This document shows positions 52,883 through 64,000 of a stretch of 64,000 nt of DNA, one piece after another. Every line of letters starts with the position of its first letter. The stretch's first letter is position 1. This stretch comes from the human T2T-CHM13v2.0 reference genome, Homo sapiens. Position numbers and translations under genes: made by a program. Under the pieces are notes generated by a model that was not told where the DNA came from, did no database searches, and saw only the letters and a program-made list of their open reading frames with translations. The stretch lies in the NCBI RefSeq assembly GCF_009914755.1, contig NC_060948.1, one strand, 5' to 3'.

Positions 52883-54944
52883 GTTCCTCAGGGTAAGGGT
52901 GCCCTAACTCCTGTGGGGACCTTCTTTGGTGGCTCCCCAGGAAGTAAGGAGATGGGAATTGTGCTGTAGAGGTCTACAGCAGCACTGCTTGCTGAGGCGG
53001 GGGACAATTGCTGTACATTTGTAAGGGCAGTGGCTGTGCTGGGTATGCCTCAGTTTGTTGAGGGACTTGAGGCGGGTCCCTCTTCCTATTTCCTGAAAGA
53101 GGTTGTCCATCTTTGCTAAATTTAGAATGACACGGACTTGCCCGGTGATAGCCTTTCTTACACCAGGGACGTACATTGGGACTTTTCTGTTGATTGACGG
53201 TAGTAGTTTTCGTCTTTTGAATTCCTTTCTACATTCCTTTCTTGTGTCCAATTTGCCCATAATTAAGGCAAGAGCCTGAGAAATGAAGCATATTTTTTCT
53301 TACTCTTAATCTAGCCACAGCTTGAGCTAAAAGAATAACCTTATGTAAGTTATCTCCAATGCCATCGCAAGCCTTAATATATTTAGTTAAATGGGCCCTC
53401 TCTGTCTGGGATCTAATAGCAGTTTGACACTCTGCATTAGCATTATTGTATGCAAGAAGCTGTATTACAACATCCTGAGCTGTTTTGATCATTTACGGCT
53501 TTATACACAGCCTCTTGGAGCTGAGCAATAAAATTAATATATGGTTCTTTAGGTCCTTGTCAGACAGAACTGAAATAAGGATACTTTTCCCCTGTAACAT
53601 TTATCCTTTTCTATGCATGTAAGCACATGAAGCACAGCTGAACAATGGCAACATCTTCCATTAGTGCTTGATTCTCTAATCAACCCCAATTAGGGCCAAC
53701 TCATATTAACTGATCAAAGAAAACAGGCACAGGTGGCTGCACTTGTGTGTTTTCTTTTGCCTGAGTTTGAGCTTCATCAGCCTACCAAGTTTTAAACTGC
53801 AAGTACTGAGATGGAGTGAGAACAGGTTTTGTCAAAGTATCCTAATTATATGGTAGTAATCTATTATCAAGAGCCATATTTTTAAATAAAGTTTGCACAA
53901 AAAGAGAGTTCAGTCCATATTGACTAATGGCTTGCTTAAATTCTTTAGTAACTTAAAAGAGAAAGCAGCCTAATTAGCTATATTCTGTCCTACTTGCTGG
54001 ATTATAGTAACGGGAAATTGCCATGTTTCAAGGTCTCCCTTGGCTTTAGCTTTTTAAATAGAATTTTGTCTACCACCACCAATTGCTCCAGGTTTTAATG
54101 TTGTAACTACAGGAGCAGTAAGTTTTTCAGCTAATTTATTTTCTCACCCATTTAGAGGAGAGAGAGGAGGTGGCCATTCACTTAATTCAGCAGGTGGAGC
54201 CAACGGGCTAGTAAAACATACTTTTTAAAGTTTTTCTTTCTTTTCTTTAATCTCCTCTGGTAGCTGCTCCCCACACTCAGAATTTGAAGTTAGTTTTTTA
54301 CACTCATCCTCCTCTTCCTCATCTGAGTCTGCCTCATTATCTGTTTGAAATGGCTCAAGGGCTGCCTTTATTAGTGCCCACACTGACCATACAGAAACTA
54401 GAATTTCTGCTCCATCTTTATATGCCTTTTAAAAAATATCTTCCAATTCTCTCCCATTCATCCAACTTCATAGTCCTTTGTTCTGGAAACCATGGGCAAA
54501 ACTGCTTTACTGTACTAAAGAGTGATAACAAATTCTAAGTACTAAATTTCATTCCCCATCTTTGTATGTCCTCGGGTGTCTTTTGATGTTGTGTCCTCTG
54601 CTTTCACATGCTCCAGCCTTCCTTCACCGGGTCTTTGTCACCCCATGTTGGGCGCCAGGAATGTTGGAGTGATCAGACCCAACACTAGATCATGGGGGTG
54701 ATGAAGTCCAGCAGAGTCAAAGGAATGAGAAAAAGACAGTTTGAGAGAGAAAGTGGGACCAGGAGACCATCACGAGTGTGGAGTCTGCAAAGTCCCCAAG
54801 CTCTGGGAGCCCACGCTATTTGTTGGTGCTCAAACAAACAGCTGGTGAGGATTTAGGGGTTGAAAGGAAACGGTGTATCAAGTGAATCAGAAACATATGG
54901 CCCTGCCTCAGCTTCTCTTCCAACACTCAGCTTTTCTCCCAACA
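52883..54944 (-). mobile_element. HERV-K14 (HML-1) provirus 5' part: internally deleted LTR14 54662-54944, PBS, decayed gag
   Basis: LTR14 start TGTTGGGAGAAAAGCTGAGTGTTGG and end GTTGGGTCTGATCACTCCAACA; PBS TGGCGCCCAACATGGGGT (54640-54657, tRNA-Lys); capsid C-terminal QLLAYNNANAECQ..IKACDGIG. Confidence 0.85.
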
Positions 54945-55740
54945 CATTCCCCTTATGAACAGGAATAAAATAGGGATGCTTGTTCTCACCACTCCTGTTT
55001 AACAAGTCCTAGCCAGAGCAATCAGGCAAGAGAAAGTGATAAAAGGCATCCAAATAGGAAATGAAGTCAAATTATCTCTCTTCACTGATTATATGATTCT
55101 ACACCTAGAAATCCCTAAAGACTGTGCCAAAAGACTCCTAGAACTGATAAAAAAAACCTTCAGCAAACTTTCAGGATTAAAAAAAATCAACATATAGAAA
55201 GAAGTATCATTTCTGTACACCAAAAATGTTTAAACTGAGAGGTAAATCAAGAGTGCAATCCTGTTTACAACAGCAACCCCCAAAATAAAATAAAAGAAAA
55301 GAAGAATATATCTAAGCAAGGAGGTAAAGGATATCTAAAAGGAGAACTACAAAACACTGCAGAAAGAAATCATAGATGACAAAGGAAATGGAAAACTATT
55401 CCATGCTCATGTATTAGAAAGATCGATATTTTTAAAATGGCTATACTGCCAAAAGCAATCTACACATTCAACACTATTCCTGTGAAACAACCAATGTCGT
55501 TTTTCACAGAATTAGAAAAAAATATATTCTAAATTTCATATGGATTTTTAAAGAGCCCAGACAACCAAAGGAAACCTAAGCAAGAAGAATGAAGCTGGAG
55601 ACATCACATTACTTGACTTCATACTATACCCTAAGGCCACAATAGACAAAATAGCATGGTAGCTATATGAAAACAGACACAAAGACCAATGAAACAGAAT
55701 AGAGAACCCCAAAATAAACATGCACCTACAGCCATCAGCT
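54945..55740 (+). mobile_element. L1 ORF2 fragment (L1PB/L1MA-like)
   Basis: GTCCTAGCCAGAGCAATCAGGCAAGAGAAAG; AAAGCAATCTACACATTCAA. Confidence 0.85.
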
Positions 55741-56334
55741 TTCCCAGGATAACACAAAGAGAGCCAAGTGGCACCTGCACATTACACTGTGGAAGAAAAA
55801 CCCAAGCTCAAGAAACCCCAACTTGTATTATGGGAAGTTCACTTGGCTGTACCCTTCCCAAGAGGGAGAAATTATCTGCATTATACTAGACAGTAAATAA
55901 ACTTTTCCTTTGTTCCAGAAGGAGGTACTGGTTTTCTATTCCAAGGCTGTTTTCTATACAAACATGCTTGAAAACAATCATTTGGAACAAGAAAGTCAGC
56001 GTCCATACTTGCAAAATGTGCGGAAATTAAAGAGACCCAAAAACTGTTTCTCTACCAATTTCTATTTTTTTAAAATCACATTTTCCCCATATAATATGCT
56101 TTTAATATGTGATAATATTCTGAAATTGTCTTAGCATTTAACCCCATTTCTGAGTCCAGAAGGATACAATAAATTTAATTTAATTTAGTAACACCTCAAA
56201 TAGTAGTGATTGTAATAGCAGAGCTAGTTTGTAGCATAAAGAAAAAATAATATTATTAGGTGACACAAATAATGCTAGCCACCATTTCTAAGTGTCATGG
56301 TAAGTACAGTGATTATTTTCTTTTTTTCTGACTC

Positions 56335-56502
56335 TTGTTTATTTTATTTTTTATTTTTTTCCCCATAGGTTATTGGGGTACTGTGGTATTTGGTTCCATG
56401 AATAACTTCTTTACTGGTTATTTGTGAGATTTGGGTGCACCTATCACCCGAACAGTGTACACTGCACCTTATTTGTTATCTTTTATCCCTCGCCCCCCTC
56501 CC
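56335..56502 (-). mobile_element. L1PB 3' end fragment
   Basis: CCATAGGTTATTGGGGTAC..TTGTGAGATTTGGGTGCACC with T-rich tail. Confidence 0.75.
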
Positions 56503-57224
56503 TATTAAATAATAGACAAAAAATAATGGGTTTAGAATAAATGAGTTCATATGAACTGTCAAACGTATGTGGGAAAAGTGGAATCAGTTTTTGAGAAAAA
56601 ACAAAAAACTCAACAGAAATGCTGATTAAAGCATCATCCCTTCATGGCTAGAGCTGCCAGGACACTAGAACACCAAAATTAGCTAGGGAAATTTTGTAGA
56701 AGTCCCAGATGTACTAAATGTTCTGTGAATACACAGAGACATAATAATAACTGTTACCTGAATGTAGAGTAAAGATGAGAAGGCATTGGTCATGGTGGCA
56801 GCTACCTCAGGAGTTACAAAGCAGACGTGGTTCCAGGACAGTGTATGTCAAGGCAAAGCTGTCCTCGGAGGCTATTAGGAGCTGGTTACGGCACAGACAT
56901 TGTAAGTCAGATGGTCTCATTACTTTCAATGACAAAACCAAAATTACTTTTGTATCAGCCTAATACAACGGCCTGGCAAGAGCACAGAAAAAGTCCCTGT
57001 GGCTGTTAGGTGGGGACCTCTGATGCAGCACAATTCCTTCATCCCCTTCTCCAACACCCCCTCTTCCAATTCCACTGAAGAGAGAATCTGATGGAAGTGC
57101 TGTGTAAGCAGGCTCAGATATATCTACCACTATAGATAGTACAGGTGATTCATAAATCCAAGCCTATCAAATACATCATAAATAAGTTACACGTTTAATT
57201 TTTTTTTTCAAATTAGGGATCATG

Positions 57225-57731
57225 ATATAAAAGTTATCAGAATCAAAACTGTCACTAATGCTTAAAAAGAAAAGAAAAAACCTGGACAAATAGATTCAGA
57301 GAAGGCCTTGAAGAGAGGGTTCTCATGCTTCTAGGCCTGATATGAACTATCACAAAATACCACAAATTCCACAACCTTGCACAAAGGCCATAGCAAGCTT
57401 ACACAAAATACACTTCTGTGAGGACATCTATCCAGCAACCACCTGCTCAAACTTCAACTGACATCGACCTTGTTGTTGGTCTTTATAGTCGAAGGTAACT
57501 ATATCAAAACAATTATAGAAGCCTCTTCATTTTTCCTTTATTTATTTTTTTCTACTCCCCCATACTTCCAGGTTTCCAGGTTGATCATTTTTCTTTTAAA
57601 GACCTTGTCTTCCTTTACCATTTGAATCTATATAGTTTGCTTTGTCATGTATATTCCCATTGCAGTGCCCTCCTCCCTAAGATGTGTTTTTTCCTTTAGA
57701 GAGCCTTTCTCTGTTTGTTATTTAGGTTTAC
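57225..57731 (+). mobile_element. ERV1 solo LTR (MER65-like)
   Basis: AAAAGTTATCAGAATCAAAA..CCACAACCTTGCACAAAGGCCAT..TTATTTAGGTTTACA; TG..CA ends. Confidence 0.6.
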
Positions 57732-59034
57732 AATGAGAAGGCATGTAAAGTACTTTTACTGTCTTCCTAGGAAAAAATCACTGACTTACAGTATTTATAT
57801 TTATTTATTTACATTCCTGGGGATGAGGAATTAAAGATTTCACAAATTTTCTTATTGAGAAGATCCAAGTTTTCATGTGAGCAAAACTGAATATGTAAAT
57901 TGATATGTAAATTATGCTGCAGATAATATGGTCAAATGTTTACTTGTATTTAATTTGTTACACATGAATATTGCATATGTAAGATAATATACTAAGAAAT
58001 TATCACATTTAATGAAATGCTTTAATCAAATTCCTGATTGAATTTTTGGTATCAATATCTTTTTCATTGTTTAATCCATCTTTTGGGTGAACAGGGCTTT
58101 ATAGGCCAAAGTTCTCACTTCTATCTAAATAGTCTGAGTTACAGAACTTTTTGGATTTATTATGTTGTCACAGGAAGTTTCTTATTGCTGTTTAAAGGAG
58201 TCTCTCTCAATATGATGCAGAATCCAAAAGCACTGAAGGGCATATATCCTGAGTTTCTGTTACTGAAGCCAAAGGTTGCCAATTTCTTGTAGATCCTGCT
58301 ACAGTTAAACTTCATTTAAGTAATCATTAAAAGCTGTGTTTATTCCCTCACTTGAAATTTTGATTTCACACTATTAGGACTAATCCACTAAGTCTTTGTT
58401 AAGTTATGTTCCTCTTTTTCTTGTAGCTTGACTTTGATGATCTCTATATGCAACATCAATTGACATAAATTAAAGTACATTCAGGGCAAGAGAGTTTCTT
58501 TAAATATTACTTTGTTATTCAAAATAATCACAAAAGCACTCATCGTAGGAAAACTTGTGAGGACTCAAATATAGAGAAATACCTTTTCTTTCTAAGGCAT
58601 AATTCTGTAAAGAAATTCACCTTAATTTGAATATACATGTGAAAATATCCTTGTTCAATAATAGTCTATATTCACTCTGTTTTCTTCCCTCATAGACCAG
58701 CCGGTTCACTATTATTCTCCAAATGATGTGTGCCTCTCTAGATTCCAGGCTATCTGCATATCTAATTTTTCCCATAAATTACTGTTTTGAATTGCACTGA
58801 ATTCAATTTAAGGGGATGTCATTTATAAAAAGTGCAAATATATACTGCACGAGGGATCTTAAAAATCATACACATGGTTTGATCCATAAGCTCATATGAG
58901 CGTGCAATGTCAACTTTTTTCATGTTTTTTTAAGTCCACTTAAATTCTATTTTAAGCCACCATCTGTCTGTGCTGTTAGGGCAGTTAGCCTTAAATCATT
59001 TTAAGATGCTCCCTTCTAAGTACTGTGATAGTGA

Positions 59035-59440
59035 TAGAGATGTCACCAGTCAAGTGTCCTAGGAAGCCGACTCCGAGTTGGAGATTTGCATGCAAGGAGG
59101 TTGAAATGATACTCCCAACACCTGTGGAAGAGTTAAAGCAATAGGATTGGGTGGAGCAGGAAGTTGGCTGGAATGCAATCACTATCATGGCCGCAGTCCA
59201 CTCTACAGGGATCTTGGTGAGTTTACCTAATGACCTCGAATTGGAGCAAGCAAAAAAGGCCATTATATTTCTGTACCAAGCAGTTCTCGGATGTGGGATG
59301 CCTTGAGAAGGGACATGGACTTGGATGAAGGAACTTTAGTGTGCTGTGAGTATTGTTGACAGGAGTCAGCTGTCAACACTCCCAGGAGCAGGGGAATTAT
59401 GCTTTAGTCACGGAGGCGGCATCTAGTGTCAGACCACAGC
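59035..59440. mobile_element. Possible ancient ERVL/MaLR LTR remnant
   Basis: Only weak resemblance (GGAAGCCGACTCCGAGTTGGAGATTTGCATGCA). Confidence 0.3.
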
Positions 59441-59993
59441 CTTGTTAAACAGAGCCAGAATTTGGAGGATGGATGGTGGGTTTAATATTTGGGGCTTGAC
59501 ATCTTGTCCCCACAAGCTGCTGCTGGCCTCTTCCTTGTCCATTTCTGTGTGGCTTGTTTAGGCCCCCCAGCTTCCTGCTTCTTTTTTACCATATTTGGAA
59601 TGCAAAAATCTACACGTAATTTGGCCCATGGTCCCTTCTGCTTAGACATATCCTTGTAGCTATTTTTTTTTAAAAGATGACTATGCCTTCCAGAATATTT
59701 CTAAGAAACTGCCGAAGTCACCACTGCTCACCAAGAGGCCTTCGTTTTTTCCTCTTCTTAACCATGGGAAAGGAATGTAGGAGTGTAGGGAGTGGATATT
59801 TTCTAACCTGGAAAAAAACTCATTTTACCCTATATAATTTTTTTAGCAAATTCCTTCTTTGCACTTACTCTACAATCTTTCCAAATTCTCCCAAATGCTC
59901 AAGCTTTTAAAAAACAAAAGACAGAAAGGATAGCAAGTTATTAATTTTTCCACCAAACCTTTTCTTTCTATTCGTTTACATCAGTGAGCTTAG

Positions 59994-60409
<416 letters not shown>

Positions 60410-62639
60410 TTGCTTTGTAATTTTTACATCATATATCCCATGTTAGACCAAGAGCTTGTAAAAGCCGGAAGACATACACCATTTATAGTTCAATTAGAGA
60501 TGTTCACTGATAAAACTGATTCTTCCATCTGAGGGTGGTATTTGTAGTTACAGTAATGTAAATGACAATCTAAGTTATGTTCTATAAACTGTGTCACTGA
60601 CATCTCAATCTACAGCTAACTTTAATTTTTTAAAAGCAGAGGAGTGGGTTGTATAGGTTTAGAAATATATCCATTAAGCTAGTTAAGTGAGATAGATTCA
60701 AACCTTCAACTCACTGGAATATTTACCAAATTGTCTATTCATTAGCTAAAGGAACCATATAAACAAGGTACTTTTCAAAATTCAAAATTATGTAAGGTTT
60801 TATTTCCTTTTTATGCTGTTATGAATTGGATTGTAGAGGTTATAAGGTAAAATAAGATTACTTTTACAGTAAAACATACAACACATTGTCACAAGACGGC
60901 AGCCTTTGAACATGAATTTATTCTCAGGCATTCCTTGAAATTTTGAGACAGTTTCTTTAATTAACACAACTAAATAATAAAACACTACAGAGGATTTAAG
61001 AAGATACTTTGACTTACGCATATTGTTACTTTTTTATTACTGCTAGTGGAAGATGTAATCGATAAGGAAGGTAAGGGCTGAATTTGTTTTATCTGAAAAG
61101 ACAAATTTATTTGGGTTTTAGCTTTCAAACATCAAGATAGTAGGTCAATGTCTAAATGAGTGTATCAAAGTTCTCACACTAGCACATGTAAATCCACCTC
61201 TTATCTACCCAAAACTCTAACCAAGCAAAGGCAAGTTGGAAGAATCAGACAAATGTAAGTGCCTAGGATACATAAATGCCACTGGATTTTATGTTTTTAA
61301 CTTTCAACCTCCCAAGTTTCAGTAAGAGACATGTTATTTGGAGAAGTTGCTAAAGTGTAGTTGTATGATGTCTCTGTGTACAGTTAGTCTGGACCTCTTT
61401 CTGTCCAGTGGTTGCCCTCAACTGATTGGAGTCACCTCTCTAAAGATCATGCTTATGTCCCTGGAGCAGTCCACAGCACTATCAATGTCTGATCTCCACC
61501 TTTTTCCAATTAATATTTCTGTACTTACTGAATTGGAAAACATACAGGTGATTTTTTCCTGGTCACTTGTGGTTTTACAACACTCCCCCCACTTCCCCAC
61601 CACTGCCCCAGGTTATTTTGATGCCAGCCAAAGTGTGAGAACTACTGGCAGCTGCTGGCAGACAGCAGCAAAGGCCCAAATCCTCGGTGTGATTTCAAGA
61701 CCCATATCTGGTTTTCAGCCATATTTCCTTCTCCTTCTCACAGCTGAGCCTACTCCTCCTCCCTCACCACCTGTAGGCTATGCTTTCCAGCCTGTGTCCA
61801 GGATTAGTCCTGATGTAAGGCACGTGGGGTTTAAGGATCTCTCTCTTCAGTCTTATTTCTGCACCATCTCTGACAGATATATTCCAGTTGTGATCATGGG
61901 GCTACCTCCTTTTCTTTCCAGTCCCATGCTCGTTTTCTCTATCACATTCTACCTTGTAATAACCTAAATCTTCTGGTGGGCAAGCTTCTTCCTCAATCAA
62001 ATTTGTGTTTATGATTGTGTTGGGGATTGGCTTAGTAATCCAGGTACTGCTACTGCCTTGAAAGCGGAGACTGCATCCTTCTGTCTGGATTTCTTGAGTT
62101 TCTGGATTGTAAACCTTATTAGGGCCCATTTTTCCTAGAATTGGAGCCTCTACTTTGTTCTTGCTACCTTAGTTCACCCAGAAAGCATGATCTCTGCCTG
62201 AATTTCAAAGTGTTGGCTAGTTTAAATATACTTTTTTGAGACTTTTGTCTTCCTGCAGGGTGATTTTTTCATCTTGCATACCATTGCTAATCTTTTTATC
62301 TTGAATGTAATTGAAATAGTTTTAATCTGTGTTACCAGCAACAAGAACCCCCTTTATGAGATGGAGAGGCCAGGTCAGTCTCATAACATGTGTCCCCATC
62401 CGTGTGTTGAATTTATGTCAGAGCCAGGTTCTTTCCTATTTGATGTCTCTCACCAAATTCCAGTGTTTATGTCCTAGGAGGTGCCCAATAAATTCTAGAG
62501 TTGATACAAGCTGTAATTTTAGAGAAATTAAATTAGCAAGTAGAATTAGATTATATACAATCTAATCAACTTTTCTTTTTCTTTCTGAGGATGACCAGGA
62601 TTTGGGCTTCAGTGACAATAGCTGTCCCCTAAATATTTA

Positions 62640-64000
62640 TACTCAGAATCTAGGATTACCAGTACAATGTTGAATAGAGGTGATGAACACACACATTCCT
62701 TTCTTGTCCTAATCTATGTAGTTTAAACATTTACGCTTTCACCATTAAATGTAATATTGTTTATATGTTTTGTTGTGGATGCTTTCCATCACTTTGAGAA
62801 AATTTCTTTTTCTAGCTTGCTGAGAGGTTTTTTTTTTTTAATCAGCAATAGATATTTCTCCAAAGAAAATATCCAAATGACCAACAGATACATGAAAAAG
62901 ATGCTCAGCATCACTAATCATCAGGGAAATGCAAATCAAAACCACAAAGAGATATTGCCTCAAACCTGTTAGAATGGTCTTATTAAAAGAAAAAGATAAC
63001 GAGTGATAACAATGGGGAGAAATTGGAACACTTGTACAGTGTTTCTGGAAAAGTGAAACTGTGCAGCCTCTATGGAAAACAGTACGGTGGTTCCTCAAAA
63101 AAATTAAGAAACTAGAACTACCATATGATCTAGCAATCCACTTCAGGTTATTTATCTGAAAGAATTGAGATTGGGATGATTCTCAGGCTCATTGCAGCAT
63201 TATTTACACTAATCAAAATGTGGAAATGAGGTTAATGTCTATTGGCAGATGAATAGATAAAGAAAATGTGGTATATTCATACAACGGAATATTATTCAGC
63301 TTTAAAACAAGAAAGCCCGCCAATATGCAACATGGATGAACCTAGAGGACATTAATGCTAAGTAAAGTAAATCAGTCACAGAAGGACAAACTGTATGATT
63401 CCATTTGTATAAAGTATCTAAGATAGCCAAATTCATTAGAATCACAGATTAGAATGGTGATAGCTCTTTAAGTTGAAATCAATTTTGCATTCCTGGGTTT
63501 TGTAGTTTTGCTATCAGGATTCTGACTCATAAAACAAGTTTGGAATTTCCCCCTTCTTTATTTATGAAATAATTTAAAAATTTTATTTTTTTAAACGTTT
63601 GAAAGAATTCACCAGCAAAACTCTTTAGATCTGGAGTTTACTTATTTTTTATTTCTTTAGTTTTATGTTTTTATGTGCAGGTATTTGACAATTAATTTAA
63701 TTACTTTAAGAAATGTCAATTACTTCATATGTTCCATTTAATCTTGTGAATTTTTTGATAAGTTGTTTTCAAGGAATTCACCCTTCCATCCAAGTAATGA
63801 AAATTAGTAAAAATGTTTCACAATATTCCATTATCTTGTTAATGTCTCTTGTGTCTACAACTGTACAATCTCATTAATCCCTGATATTTATAATTTGTGT
63901 TTTCTTTCTTTCTCACAGAACAACTTTTGGCCATGATGATTTTCTCCTGTTTCTGTTTTCTGTCTCATTGATTTCTAATTTCTGTTTTATTTCTTTTCTT
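62640..64000. mobile_element. Old L1 ORF2 fragments (-) at ~62640-62840 and ~63490-64000 flanking an L1M 3' end (+) at ~62846-63460
   Basis: CCAGTACAATGTTGAATAG (L1 antisense); AGATGCTCAGCATCACTAATCATCAGGGAAATGCAAATCAAA (sense). Confidence 0.75.

Noticed and set aside
61338-61967. Longest ORF (209 aa) as a gene
   Set aside because: Non-ATG start, no recognisable domain, no supporting exon or promoter structure

Overview
Primate (human-like) genomic DNA made up almost entirely of transposable-element sequence. I find no credible intact protein-coding gene; the ORFs I can identify come from Alu, L1, Tigger or ERV remnants. From left to right the window holds: old L1M pieces, a near-full-length Tigger1 and a dense Alu cluster (1-13 kb); an MLT1/MaLR element (13.4-15.5 kb); a complete MER57-type provirus with target-site duplication (TSD) and a nested MER52 LTR (16.9-24.5 kb); a solo LTR6; a CpG-rich promoter at ~28.0-28.6 kb with candidate minus-strand non-coding exons; an L1MA fragment; a minus-strand ERV1 (MER52-like) provirus interrupted by an L1PA7-like element whose 5'UTR is spliced; a complex junction at 48.4-49.0 kb; a HERV-K9 (HML-3) provirus nested in a HERV-K14 (HML-1) provirus; then further L1, LTR and Alu fragments. 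I found no new biological system. The best leads are the spliced L1, the inverted AluSp-plus-flank duplicate at the provirus fusion junction, and the promoter/exon structure. Repeat family names come from my recall of consensus sequences, not from a search. Boundaries are approximate unless a TSD or TG..CA end is quoted.
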